Shown: in pieces, positions 8,697 to 17,994 of the stretch
How positions within the stretch are numbered: position 1 is the first letter of the stretch
How the letters are laid out: each line of letters starts with the position of its first letter
From: Actinomycetota bacterium
Lineage (GTDB): Bacteria; Actinomycetota; UBA4738; HRBIN12
Direction of reading: 5' to 3'
Length of the DNA: 34,429 bases
NCBI GenBank assembly: GCA_029858935.1
Contig: JAOUEA010000003.1
Location: 1 to 34,429 of the forward strand
Translations under genes and position numbers: made by a program
Notes under the pieces: generated by a model
What the model was told of the DNA's origin: nothing
Seen by the model: the letters and a program-made list of their open reading frames with translations, nothing else
Database searches by the model: none

Positions 8697-8818
8697 GCCA
8701 CGGCCTCGAGCCTGGCCACGGCGTGGCGCGACGCCTCGCTGGTGGCACGGCCGCGTGACGATGAGATCGACACACAGACGCTCAACTCGAACGGCGCCCG
8801 CGCCGAACACTTCCTGTG

Positions 8819-8983
8819 ATGAGGCTCGTGCTGGAGTGGCTCGGTCTGGTGCGCCCCGATCCGGCTCGCAAAGAGCCGGTGGCGGTGCCCGCCTGGGCCC
8901 CCTACGCCGTCGCAGCGGTCATCGCCCTGACGGCGACGGGCTCGGTGGCGCTCCTGCGCCTCATCCTCGGCGCACGCGCCTGA
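8819..8983 (+). CDS. Small 54-aa membrane protein (below the ORF-track cut-off)
   Basis: MRLVLEWLGLVRPDPARKEPVAVPAWAPYAVAAVIALTATGSVALLRLILGARA*. Strong G/C third-position bias and one C-terminal TM helix. Confidence 0.6.
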   Translation: MRLVLEWLGLVRPDPARKEPVAVPAWAPYAVAAVIALTATGSVALLRLILGARA

Positions 8984-9347
8984 GCGTCGACGGTGCTTCC
9001 CCGCGCCGACGCTCAGGCGGCGCCAACGGCTCGAACCGATCACCGAGCCGAACGTCGGCGTCGACCCGGCACTCCACGATGTGGCGCACCCGAACCCGCG
9101 GCAGCAACACGCGTCGGGGCTCGAGTGCCTTGATGAACACGACGACGAGTTCGCCGTCGAGGCCGACGATCGAGATCGGGAACCGCATGCCGAACGTGTG
9201 CACGGACCGGCATCGCTCGAACAGCATGCCGTGACGGGGGGAGGGCCACGATCGACCTCGGGCGCCTCGAACGCGCTCGGTCCTCGAGGTCGGCACGTCG
9301 ATCGCCCAGACGCTGCCGCGGGGCCCGACGAACGGGGTGCGCACCAT
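8961..9347 (-). CDS. DUF192 family protein
   Basis: ERVRG..GR.....HGMLFERCRSVHTFGMRFPISIVGLD signature. Start is the ATG at 9347 or the GTG at 9377. Confidence 0.8.
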   Translation of the reverse strand: MVRTPFVGPRGSVWAIDVPTSRTERVRGARGRSWPSPRHGMLFERCRSVHTFGMRFPISIVGLDGELVVVFIKALEPRRVLLPRVRVRHIVECRVDADVRLGDRFEPLAPPERRRGEAPSTLRRVRRG

Positions 9348-9381
9348 GCGCCGAACGCTATCGGTGGTCGCCGACACCGAG

Positions 9382-9456
9382 TGGGCCCGGCAGGATTCGA
9401 ACCTGCGACACGAGGGTTAAAAGCCCCCTGCTCTAACCGGGCTGAGCTACGGGCCC
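9382..9456 (-). tRNA. tRNA-Lys (TTT)
   Basis: Acceptor GGGCCCG/CGGGCCC, TAGCTCAG...AGAGCA D-arm, GGGGG-CTTTTAA-CCCTC anticodon arm, GGTTCGAATCC. A TAGACT -10 sits at 9469-9474. Confidence 0.97.
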
Positions 9457-9485
9457 TTCGGTCAGGGCAGTCTAGGTCGGCGCGA

Positions 9486-11267
9486 TCACAGCGGCCACGA
9501 CAGCGGGATGAACACGGTGGCCACGACGATCATCAGGATCGTGAGCGGCACTCCAACCCGGGCGAAGTCGCCGAACCGATAGCCGCCCATGCCGTAGACC
9601 ATCGTGTTGGTCTGGTAGCCGATCGGCGTGAGGAACGACGACGACGCGCCGATCGCGACCGCGATCGCGACCGGGTGGGTGTCGATGCCGGCCTGCTGAG
9701 CGGCGGCGACCGCGATCGGGAACATCAGCACCGCCGCCGCGTTGTTCGTGATCAGCTCGGTGAGGATCACCGTCGCGATCAGGATGCCGACGATCAGCCC
9801 CAGGTCACCTGCCGAGTCGAACGCGCCGATCAACTTGGTGGCGATCTCGTTCGCAAGCCCGCTCGCCGACATCGCAGCCCCGACGCCGAAGCTCGCGGCG
9901 ATCAGCACGATCACGTTGAGATCGATCGACTGTCGGGCTTCGTACGGCGTGAGCACCCGGAAGACCACGAGCGCGATCGCTGCCAGCAGCGAGGCTTCCA
10001 GGATGTCGAGCAGTCCGAACGCGACGGTGGCGAACAACACCACGGTGACGATGCCGACGATCGGGGACTTCTCGCGGCGGGGCGGGAGCTCGCCGTCGAG
10101 GGGTGCCACCACGAGGAAGTCGGGCTCGTCCCGCCATCGCGTGACGAAATCGGCCCCTGCGAGCACGAGCAACACGTCGCCGGGCCGCAGGACGATGCCT
10201 CCGAGCTTGCCGGGCAAGCGTTCGCCGGCCCGGTGGACGGCGACGACCGCGCCTGCGTATCTCGCCCTGAACCCGACATCCTTCAACGTGGAATTCGCGA
10301 GGGGGGACGAGTCGGCCACGACCGCCTCGAAGAAGCGCCGCGTCACCGCCTGTGTGTCTGCGGGGAAATGCGCTTGCTCCGCTGAACGCAGGCCGGGCAG
10401 ACGCTGCAGGTCGAGCATCCTGGCGACGTTGCCGGCGAAGGTGAGGCGATCGTCGCCCTCCAGGGTCTCCTCGGGACCGACCGGGGCCCGCATGCTTCCA
10501 TCGCGTTCGAGTCCCACGAGGTAGACGCCCTCGAGATTGCGGAGCCCCGCGCCTGCCACGCTCTTGCCCGCGAGCGCCCCGCCGTCCTCGACGACCATCT
10601 CCACCGTGAACTCCCGCGATCCCTCGCGGATGCCCTCGCTCGGCGCCTGGCGGGTCGGGAGCAGCCGGGGCGCAAGCAGGATCAGCATGCCGACGCCGAC
10701 CACCGCGAGCGGCAGGCTCACTTTGGTGATCTCGAACAGGCCGAGCGGTTCGGAGCCCGACTCCTCGAGCAGCCCGGAGACGACCAGGTTCGTCGAGGTG
10801 CCGATCAACGTGAGCACCCCGCCGAGGATCGCGGCGAAGCTGATCGGGATCAGATAGGGAGACGGCGAGCGCCCCGCACGGCGCGCCCACGCCACGACGT
10901 TGGGGGCGATCATTGCCACGATCGGGGTGTTGTTCAGGAACGCCGAGGACAGCGCCGTGGGAACGAGCACACGGGTCAACACCGTGCGATCGGACAGCTC
11001 GCCGCCCCCGGCCCCGAGGATGCGGAAGGTCAGCCGCTCGAGCGCACCGGTCTTCTCCACGGCCGCGGCCAGCACATAGAGAGCGGCCACCGTGATCGGC
11101 GCGGGGTTCGAGAACCCGGAAAACGCTTCCTCAGGCTCGATGACGCCCGCCACAAGCAACGTGATCGCAGCACCGAGCACAGCCAGCGGCGGCGACAGGC
11201 GTTCGGTGGCAAGCACCGCCACGAGCGCCATCACGACCGCGAGGGTGAACCAGGCTTCCCACGTCAT
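9486..11267 (-). CDS. SLC13/CitMHS family permease with two TrkA-C (RCK-C) domains (di/tricarboxylate or sulfate transporter)
   Basis: SAFLNNTPIVA, TLIGTSTNL, TELITNNAAA and TPIGYQTN motifs; central soluble RCK-C repeats. Confidence 0.92.
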   Translation of the reverse strand: MTWEAWFTLAVVMALVAVLATERLSPPLAVLGAAITLLVAGVIEPEEAFSGFSNPAPITVAALYVLAAAVEKTGALERLTFRILGAGGGELSDRTVLTRVLVPTALSSAFLNNTPIVAMIAPNVVAWARRAGRSPSPYLIPISFAAILGGVLTLIGTSTNLVVSGLLEESGSEPLGLFEITKVSLPLAVVGVGMLILLAPRLLPTRQAPSEGIREGSREFTVEMVVEDGGALAGKSVAGAGLRNLEGVYLVGLERDGSMRAPVGPEETLEGDDRLTFAGNVARMLDLQRLPGLRSAEQAHFPADTQAVTRRFFEAVVADSSPLANSTLKDVGFRARYAGAVVAVHRAGERLPGKLGGIVLRPGDVLLVLAGADFVTRWRDEPDFLVVAPLDGELPPRREKSPIVGIVTVVLFATVAFGLLDILEASLLAAIALVVFRVLTPYEARQSIDLNVIVLIAASFGVGAAMSASGLANEIATKLIGAFDSAGDLGLIVGILIATVILTELITNNAAAVLMFPIAVAAAQQAGIDTHPVAIAVAIGASSSFLTPIGYQTNTMVYGMGGYRFGDFARVGVPLTILMIVVATVFIPLSWPL

Positions 11268-11303
11268 GGGCCAGACCCTACTGGCGCTGGTCGCACGGGC
11301 GGC

Positions 11304-12926
11304 TCAGCCCGCATAGCGGTTCGTGATGGGCATTCGCCGGTCGCGCCCGAACGCCTTGGGGGTGATCTTCACGCCGGGCGCGGCCTGCCGCCGCTTGTAC
11401 TCGGTGCGGTCGATCATGCTCACGACGCGTTCGGCCAGCCCGCGATCGAACCCGGTCGACACCATGTCGTCGACCCCGAGGTCGCTCTCGACGTAAGCCT
11501 CGATCACCGGGTCGAGCTCGTCGTAGGGCGGCAGCGAGTCGGTGTCCTTCTGATCGAGACGGAGCTCGGCGCTGGGGGGCTTGGTGATCGTGCGTTCGGG
11601 GATCGGCGGTGTTTCGCCACGTTCGGCTGCCGTCGCGTTCCGCCTGTCGGCCAGCTCGTAGACGAGGGTCTTGGGAACGTCCTTGATCGGCGCGAACCCT
11701 CCCGCCATATCGCCGTAGAGGGTGGAATAGCCCACGGCATATTCGCTCTTGTTGCCCGTCGCGAGCACGATCGAGCCGAACTTGTTCGACAGTGCCATCA
11801 GCAGGGTGCCCCTGATGCGCGCCTGCAGGTTCTCTTCCGTGACGTCGTCGGGGTGTCCCGCGAAGACCTCCGCGAGCGCGTAGCGGTAGGCGTCGAAGGT
11901 GCCGGTGATGCCGATCGTGTCGAGGCGGATGCCGAGGCGCTTCGCGCAGTCGACCGCATCGTCGAGGCTCTCGGTCGACGAGAAAGGCGACGGCATCGCG
12001 AGTCCCCGAACCGAGTCGGCGCCGAGTGCGTCGACGGCCAGCGTGGCGGTGAGCGCAGAGTCGATGCCTCCCGAGAGCCCGAGCACGGCCTCACGGAAGC
12101 CGTTCTTGCGCACGTAGTCGCCGAGCCCGAGCACCAGGGCTCGCCAGACCTCGTCGGCGTCGTCGACGGGCCAGGCCTCACGCGGCTCGGCGAACGATGT
12201 TCCGCCGTGGAGATCGACGATCAGCAGGTCCTCGGAAAACATCGAGGCTCGTTGTCTGACCGAGCCGTCGGGGCCGACCAGCATGGAGCCTCCGTCGAAG
12301 ACCAGCTCGTCCTGCCCTCCGACGGCGTTGATGTAGGCGATCCAGGCGCCGGTCTCGCGAGCGCGGTCGCGAAGGATATCGGCCCGTTCCTCGCGCTTGC
12401 CTCTGTGGTACGGGGAACCGTTGATGTTCACGATCAGGGGCACCCCGGCATAGCGGGCGAATGGGACGCCGGCGTGCCAGGCGTCCTCGCATACGGAGAG
12501 CCCGCACGTGAGCCCTCCGGCTTCGATGCGCACGGCCTGAGTGCCGGGCACGAAATACCGGCGCTCGTCGAACACGCCGAAGTTCGGCAGTTGCACCTTG
12601 TGGTAGCGGGTCTCCACGGTGCCGTCGCGCAACAGGGCCGCCGCGTTGTGGAGGCCGACCTCGGATCGATCGACGAACCCGACCACGACCGGACACGTGG
12701 TGGCGGTGCGCCGCGCGAGGGCATCGAGCGCCTCGAGGCCTTCTCGCACGAATTCGGGCCGAAGCACGAGGTCCTCCGGTGGATAGCCGGTGATCGCGAG
12801 CTCAGGGAAGGCGATCAGGTCGGCACCTGCCTTGGTCGCATCGTCGGCCATCGCCGCCATGCGATCCACGTTGCCGGTCAGATCGCCGACCGTGAGGTTC
12901 ACCTGCCCGAGCGCGAGGCGCGACAT
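11304..12926 (-). CDS. nadE: Glutamine-dependent NAD+ synthetase
   Basis: Nitrilase domain (FPEL, KVQLPNFGVFDE, CED) plus synthetase domain (LSGGIDS, ENLQARIRG, TGNKSE, GYSTLYGD, PPSAEL). Confidence 0.96.
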   Translation of the reverse strand: MSRLALGQVNLTVGDLTGNVDRMAAMADDATKAGADLIAFPELAITGYPPEDLVLRPEFVREGLEALDALARRTATTCPVVVGFVDRSEVGLHNAAALLRDGTVETRYHKVQLPNFGVFDERRYFVPGTQAVRIEAGGLTCGLSVCEDAWHAGVPFARYAGVPLIVNINGSPYHRGKREERADILRDRARETGAWIAYINAVGGQDELVFDGGSMLVGPDGSVRQRASMFSEDLLIVDLHGGTSFAEPREAWPVDDADEVWRALVLGLGDYVRKNGFREAVLGLSGGIDSALTATLAVDALGADSVRGLAMPSPFSSTESLDDAVDCAKRLGIRLDTIGITGTFDAYRYALAEVFAGHPDDVTEENLQARIRGTLLMALSNKFGSIVLATGNKSEYAVGYSTLYGDMAGGFAPIKDVPKTLVYELADRRNATAAERGETPPIPERTITKPPSAELRLDQKDTDSLPPYDELDPVIEAYVESDLGVDDMVSTGFDRGLAERVVSMIDRTEYKRRQAAPGVKITPKAFGRDRRMPITNRYAG

Positions 12927-12987
12927 GAGGGAAGCCTACGCGAGGGCTCTCGCGACGGAGGCCCAGAGCGAAGGCGCGACGCTCGCC

Positions 12988-13461
12988 CTACTCGGTGCCC
13001 CCGATGTCGACGTTGTACGCCTCCCAGACGAGGTCGGCGCCCTTCTGCCGATGGCGGATCACCGTGCCGATGAACCGTTGCAGGTCGTCCCTCGCGTCTT
13101 CGAGCGGCCACTCCGGTCCGCCGATCGTCGCCCGCTCGAGGCGCGTCACCATCTCCTGAACCTTCTCGGCGATGCCCGGATGTTCGTCCTTCAGCCGTCG
13201 CACCGTGCCGTCGAGCCTGGGCGCCCGCATGATGATCTCTTCGTAGAGCCCACCCGGCTTCTCGGTGACCATGACGTGCTGTTCGAACGCGTCGCGGACC
13301 CCGATCACCTCCTTGGTCACCAGCGCGGTCCACTCGGGGATGCGCCGGGCGGCGGGCGAGGAGATGGCGATCTCCAGGTGCACGAGGGCATCGTGCAGGG
13401 TGGCACGGCGCCGCTTCGCCTCTGAGAGCGCCGGGGTGAGATCGTCGTGGTCGGGAGCCAT
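12988..13461 (-). CDS. Hemerythrin-like (HHE) domain protein
   Basis: Helical protein with H...E (HVMVTE), EH and RH ligand patterns. The ATG at 13461 is preceded by TACCGT. Confidence 0.7.
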   Translation of the reverse strand: MAPDHDDLTPALSEAKRRRATLHDALVHLEIAISSPAARRIPEWTALVTKEVIGVRDAFEQHVMVTEKPGGLYEEIIMRAPRLDGTVRRLKDEHPGIAEKVQEMVTRLERATIGGPEWPLEDARDDLQRFIGTVIRHRQKGADLVWEAYNVDIGGTE

Positions 13462-13557
13462 GAGGGCACGGTAGCCGAGCGATGCTCGCCGGAGCAAATC
13501 GCCCAATCGGCAGGTTCTTCGGCCCCCACTGGACGTCTCGGCGCACGCGCCGGGGCG

Positions 13558-14886
13558 TCACAGGATCGGCAGATACCGCTCCAGCTCGAACGGACTCACG
13601 TACGCCTTGAACGCGTCCCACTCCTCGCGCTTGTTCCTGATCAGGAACTCGTGCACGTGGTCGCCGAGCGCCTCCCGGAGCACGTCGCTTCGCTCGGCGA
13701 GATGGATCGCCTCCACGAGATCCTCGGGCAGCGACCTGATACCGGCTGTCGCTCGTTCGTCGTCGGTCATCTCGTAGATGTTGTTGCTCGCCTCGGGTGG
13801 AAGCTCGTACTCGCGCTCGATGCCATCGAGACCCGCTGCGAGCATGGCCGCGAAGGCGAGATACGGGTTGCAGGCCGGGTCGGGGGAGCGGTACTCGACA
13901 CGCGTGGCCTCTTCCTTGCCCGGCTTGTACTGGGGCACGCGAACGAGCGCCGAGCGATTGCGGCGCGCCCAACAGACGTAGACGGGCGCCTCGTAGCCGG
14001 GCACGAGTCGCTTGTAGGAGTTCACCCACTGGTTGGTGAGCAACGTGATCTCGGGGCCGTGGCGCAACAGCCCGGCGATGTAGCGCTTCGCCGTGACGGA
14101 CAGGTGGTACTCGTCGCTCGCGTCGAAGAACGCGTTGCGATCGCCCTGGAACAGCGACTGATGGGTGTGCATGCCGCTTCCATTCACGCCGGCGACCGGC
14201 TTGGGCATGAAGGTTGCGTAGATGCCGAACTCCTGCGCGACCTCCTTCACCGTGAGGCGGTAGGCCATGACGTTGTCGGCCATCGTGAGCGCGTCGGCAT
14301 AGCGCAGATCGATCTCGTGCTGGGACGGGGCGACCTCGTGGTGGACGTACTCAACCGGGATGCCCATCGATTCCAGGTACTGAACCGTGCGTTTGCGCCA
14401 GTCGGTCGCGACGTCGAGCGGTGTCTCGTCGAAGTACCCGCCGTGGTCGAGGAACGAGGGGTCGTCCGACGCCTTGAAGTAGAAGAACTCGAGCTCGGGG
14501 CCGACGTAGAACGTGAAGCCCAGGTCGGCGGCGCGCGCGAGCTGCCGCTTCAGCACGCCCCTGGGGTCGCCGTCGAACGCCACGCCTTCGGGCGTCCAGA
14601 CGTCGCAGAACATGCGGGCGACGGGGGCCTCGAGCTTCCAGGGGATGATCTGGAAGGTTGCAGGGTCGGGGAATGCGATCATGTCGGATTCCTGGATGCG
14701 GCTGAATCCCTCGATCGAGGAACCGTCGAACCCCATGCCCTCGGCGAACGCACCCTCGAGCTCCTGGCTCGTGATCGTGAACGACTTCAAGAACCCGAGC
14801 ACGTCGGTGAACCACAGCCGAACGAAGCGGATGCCGCGCTCCTCGATCGTGCGCAGCACGTATTCGGCTTCAGCGGTGGTCGCCAT
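13558..14886 (-). CDS. glnA: Glutamine synthetase type I, GSI-alpha/GlnA2-like, 442 aa
   Basis: FDGSSIEGF, GPELEFF, HHEVAPSQHE, FMPKP..GVNGSGMHTHQS, YKRLVPGYEAP, NRSALVRVP, RVEYRSPD. Start reassigned to the ATG at 14886. Confidence 0.96.
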   Translation of the reverse strand: MATTAEAEYVLRTIEERGIRFVRLWFTDVLGFLKSFTITSQELEGAFAEGMGFDGSSIEGFSRIQESDMIAFPDPATFQIIPWKLEAPVARMFCDVWTPEGVAFDGDPRGVLKRQLARAADLGFTFYVGPELEFFYFKASDDPSFLDHGGYFDETPLDVATDWRKRTVQYLESMGIPVEYVHHEVAPSQHEIDLRYADALTMADNVMAYRLTVKEVAQEFGIYATFMPKPVAGVNGSGMHTHQSLFQGDRNAFFDASDEYHLSVTAKRYIAGLLRHGPEITLLTNQWVNSYKRLVPGYEAPVYVCWARRNRSALVRVPQYKPGKEEATRVEYRSPDPACNPYLAFAAMLAAGLDGIEREYELPPEASNNIYEMTDDERATAGIRSLPEDLVEAIHLAERSDVLREALGDHVHEFLIRNKREEWDAFKAYVSPFELERYLPIL

Positions 14887-14909
14887 GGGCGCAAGGGTAG
14901 GGGTGCCGG

Positions 14910-14936
14910 GTGTTCCTGCGGTTACGCGTCCGTAAA
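14910..14936 (-). promoter_or_regulatory. GlnR-box-like triple repeat upstream of glnA
   Basis: Minus strand TTTAC-n6-GTAAC-n6-AACAC (11-bp period, AC-n9-AC) just upstream of the glnA -10 (TACCCT, 14894-14899). Confidence 0.55.
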
Positions 14937-14944
14937 CTCCCGGC

Positions 14945-15334
14945 ATGAACCAGCGCACGCGTGTGTCGTCGGGGTCGCCCTACGAGCCCGAGATCGGATT
15001 CTCGCGCGCGATCGTCGACGGGCGGCACGTGCACGTGTCCGGCACCGCACCGATCCCTCGTCAGGGGGAGCCGGTCGCACTCGATGCCTACGGGCAGGCC
15101 CATCGGTGCCTCGAGATCATCCTCGAGGCACTGCGCGAGGCGGGCGCCGAGCCCGAGCACGTCGTGCGCACGAGGACCTTCTTGGTGGATGTCGACGATT
15201 GGCGCGAGATCGGCCGAGCCCACGGCGAGGTCTTCTCGGCGGTTCGACCCGCGAGCACGATGGTGGTCGTGGCGGGCCTTCTCGATCCAGCCTGGAAAGT
15301 GGAGATCGAAGCCGACGCCCTGCTACCCGGTTGA
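14945..15334 (+). CDS. RidA/YjgF/UK114 family protein
   Basis: SSGSPYEPEIGFSRA, VSGT, VVRTR, RPASTMV and VEIEADA motifs. Confidence 0.92.
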   Translation: MNQRTRVSSGSPYEPEIGFSRAIVDGRHVHVSGTAPIPRQGEPVALDAYGQAHRCLEIILEALREAGAEPEHVVRTRTFLVDVDDWREIGRAHGEVFSAVRPASTMVVVAGLLDPAWKVEIEADALLPG

Positions 15335-16264
15335 CCGGTCACCCGGTCCGCGGTCGCCGGCTTCCGCGGTCGCTCCGCCGTCGACGATGTGGTTCCGCAC
15401 GACCGCAGCAGCGGCAGCGACCTTTGCGGCGTCGACGCCGTGGTCGATCCCGAGCCGGTCCAGCATCGCGCACAGCGACTCGGTGGCGAGGTTGCCCGGT
15501 GCGCCGGGCGCGAACGGGCACCCGCCGGTGCCGCCCGCCGACGAGTCGTAGGTCGAGATGCCGCGCTCGAGGCCGGCCCGCACGTTGTCGAGGGCCCGAC
15601 CCCGCGTGTCGTGCAGGTGCAGGGCGAGTCGTTCCCCGGGCAGGCGCTCGAGGAGGGCGTCGCACGCATGCCGCACGCCATCGGGCTCGGCCACACCGAT
15701 CGTGTCTCCGACCGAGATCTCGTCGCAGCCGAGGTCGATCAGCGCTTCGCAGATATCGACCACCCGCGCCGTATCGACCGCCCCCGAATACGGACAGCCG
15801 AAGGCGGTGGAGACGTAGCCACGCCTCCACCACCCGAGGGCGCCCGCACGCTCGAGCACCGGCTCGAAGGCGGCGAGCGACTCCTCGATCGACATGCCGA
15901 TGTTCCGCTTGTTGAACGCTTCGGATGCCGCGGTGAAGACCGCGACCGCGTCGGCGCCGGCATGCTCGGCGCGCTCCATGCCTCGCATGTTGGGGACGAG
16001 GACGGGGTAGCGCACGTCGGGTCGGCGCCGAACGCGAGGGAACACGTCGTCGGCGTCGGCGAGCTGGGGGATCGCGCGTGGGCTGACGAACGACGTCACC
16101 TCGACGACCGGGAGCCCCGCGTCGGCCAATGCCTCGACGAATGCGACCTTGGCGTCGGCGGGCACGAGCGCATCTTCGTTCTGCAGCCCGTCCCGGGGGC
16201 CGACCTCGACGATGCGCACGCGTGAAGGGTGGTTGCCGCGTTCCTCGTCTCGAGCTGCCGTCAC
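15323..16264 (-). CDS. liuE: Hydroxymethylglutaryl-CoA lyase
   Basis: EVGPRDGLQNE, FGCPY, GDTIG, LHLHDTRG, GGCPFAPGAPGNLATE. GTGA overlap with the upstream gene. Confidence 0.95.
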   Translation of the reverse strand: MTAARDEERGNHPSRVRIVEVGPRDGLQNEDALVPADAKVAFVEALADAGLPVVEVTSFVSPRAIPQLADADDVFPRVRRRPDVRYPVLVPNMRGMERAEHAGADAVAVFTAASEAFNKRNIGMSIEESLAAFEPVLERAGALGWWRRGYVSTAFGCPYSGAVDTARVVDICEALIDLGCDEISVGDTIGVAEPDGVRHACDALLERLPGERLALHLHDTRGRALDNVRAGLERGISTYDSSAGGTGGCPFAPGAPGNLATESLCAMLDRLGIDHGVDAAKVAAAAAVVRNHIVDGGATAEAGDRGPGDRSTG

Positions 16265-17994
16265 GTCTCCTCCAGTTCGATCAGCCGTGCCCCGCGGGCC
16301 ACGATGTCGCCGGCTCGAGCGTGCACCGAGCGCACGACACCCGACGACGGGGCGTTGACCTGCACCTGGATCTTCATCGCCTCGAGCTGGGCCACGACCT
16401 GGCCCGCGACCACGGCATCGCCGGTCGCGACATCGACGCTCAGCACCGTCGCGGGCATCGGCGCGACCAGCGACCCGTCGTTCCGGCTGAGCTCGTTCGC
16501 GTCGAGCTCGTCGCCGGCGAGCGCGTAGCCCCAGCCTCGGTATTGGGCAGCGGCGCCGGCGACCACGACGCCACGGGGCAGGTCACGCCGAGCCGAGCCG
16601 AACGCGACCCACGGATCGGTCGGGTCGCCGCTTGCGGACACTCCCTCGGGCAGCGGCGGCACCTGCGGGACCCACACCGTCTCCACCCAATCGGTGTCGA
16701 CGAGGCCGTCGATCACGTCGGGATGGTCGAGCACGTCGAGCAGGAACCCGAGGTTCGTCGCGACACCGACGATGTGAAGCTCCGACAGCGCGGCGCTGAG
16801 GCGCGAGAACGCATGTGGGCGGTTCTCTCCCCATGCGATCACTTTCGCGAGCAGCGGATCGAATCCGGTGCCGACGACGTCGCCCTCTCGCAGCGCGGTG
16901 TCGACGCGCACCCCGGGCCACTGGGGCAGGTCGAGCCGCTCGACCCTGCCACCAGTCGGCAAGAACCCCGTCGCAGGATCCTCCGCGTAGACACGGGCTT
17001 CGATCGCGTGGCCTCGTCGCGAGACCTGGGACTGATCGAGCTGCAACCGTTCGCCCGCCGCGATCGTGAGTTGCGCCCGCACGTGGTCGATGCCGGTGAC
17101 CGCCTCCGTCACCGGGTGTTCCACCTGCAGCCGTGCGTTCAGCTCCAGGAACCACCAGGAGCCGTGATCGTCGACCAGGAACTCAGCGGTGCCGGCGCCT
17201 CGATAGCCGGCCCGTTCGGCGATCGCGATCGCCGCCTCGCCGAGCGCGGATCGCAGCGTTGGGTCGACCGCGGGAGAGGGCGACTCCTCGACGATCTTCT
17301 GATGTCGTCGCTGCAGAGAGCAATCGCGCTCGCCCAGGTGCACGCCGGTGCCGTGATCGTCGAGCAGCACCTGCACCTCGATGTGGCGCACGCGCTCGAG
17401 ACGCCGCTCGAGGAAGACCCGCCCGTCGCCGAAGCTCGCCTGAGCTTCCCGCCTCCCCGCCGCGACCATCGCGCCGAGTTCGTCGAGGTCGCGGACCGTC
17501 CGCATGCCACGGCCGCCGCCACCGGCCGAGGCCTTGACGAACAGCGGGGTGCCGAGGTGCGCGGCCTCCCGTCGAACGGCCTCGTCGGAGAAATGGTCGA
17601 TGTCGAGGCCCGGCACCACGGGCACCCCGGCCGCTTCGGCCACCGCGCGGGCGGCCACCTTGTCGCCGAGCGCGCGCATCGCTTCGGGCGGCGGTCCGAC
17701 CCAGCGAAGCCCGGCATCGAGCACGAGCTGCGCGAAGGCTGCGTCCTCGGCGAGGAACCCGTACCCCGGGTGCACCGAGTCGGCGCCCGTGCGCACCGCG
17801 CCCTCGACGATCGCCCGGGCGTCGAGGTAGGAGTCGATGTCGATCGTGGCGTCGGCGAGTTCGGCCGGCGCTCCTGCACGCTCGCTCGGCGTCACCGCGA
17901 CCACCGACGCGATGCCCGATTCACGGCAGGCTCGCACGATCCGCAGGGCGATCTCCCCGCGGTTGGCGATCAGGAGTCGCTGGAGCTCAGCCAT
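16261..17994 (-). CDS. liuD: Methylcrotonyl-CoA carboxylase alpha subunit (biotin carboxylase + biotin carrier)
   Basis: [50 protein letters not shown] and EAMK biotin site; operon context. Confidence 0.9.
   Translation of the reverse strand: MAELQRLLIANRGEIALRIVRACRESGIASVVAVTPSERAGAPAELADATIDIDSYLDARAIVEGAVRTGADSVHPGYGFLAEDAAFAQLVLDAGLRWVGPPPEAMRALGDKVAARAVAEAAGVPVVPGLDIDHFSDEAVRREAAHLGTPLFVKASAGGGGRGMRTVRDLDELGAMVAAGRREAQASFGDGRVFLERRLERVRHIEVQVLLDDHGTGVHLGERDCSLQRRHQKIVEESPSPAVDPTLRSALGEAAIAIAERAGYRGAGTAEFLVDDHGSWWFLELNARLQVEHPVTEAVTGIDHVRAQLTIAAGERLQLDQSQVSRRGHAIEARVYAEDPATGFLPTGGRVERLDLPQWPGVRVDTALREGDVVGTGFDPLLAKVIAWGENRPHAFSRLSAALSELHIVGVATNLGFLLDVLDHPDVIDGLVDTDWVETVWVPQVPPLPEGVSASGDPTDPWVAFGSARRDLPRGVVVAGAAAQYRGWGYALAGDELDANELSRNDGSLVAPMPATVLSVDVATGDAVVAGQVVAQLEAMKIQVQVNAPSSGVVRSVHARAGDIVARGARLIELEET

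Noticed and set aside
16360-16390. Biotin motif EAMKIQ rather than EAMKME
   Set aside because: The Lys is retained and the substitution is conservative, so it is not evidence of a novel function.
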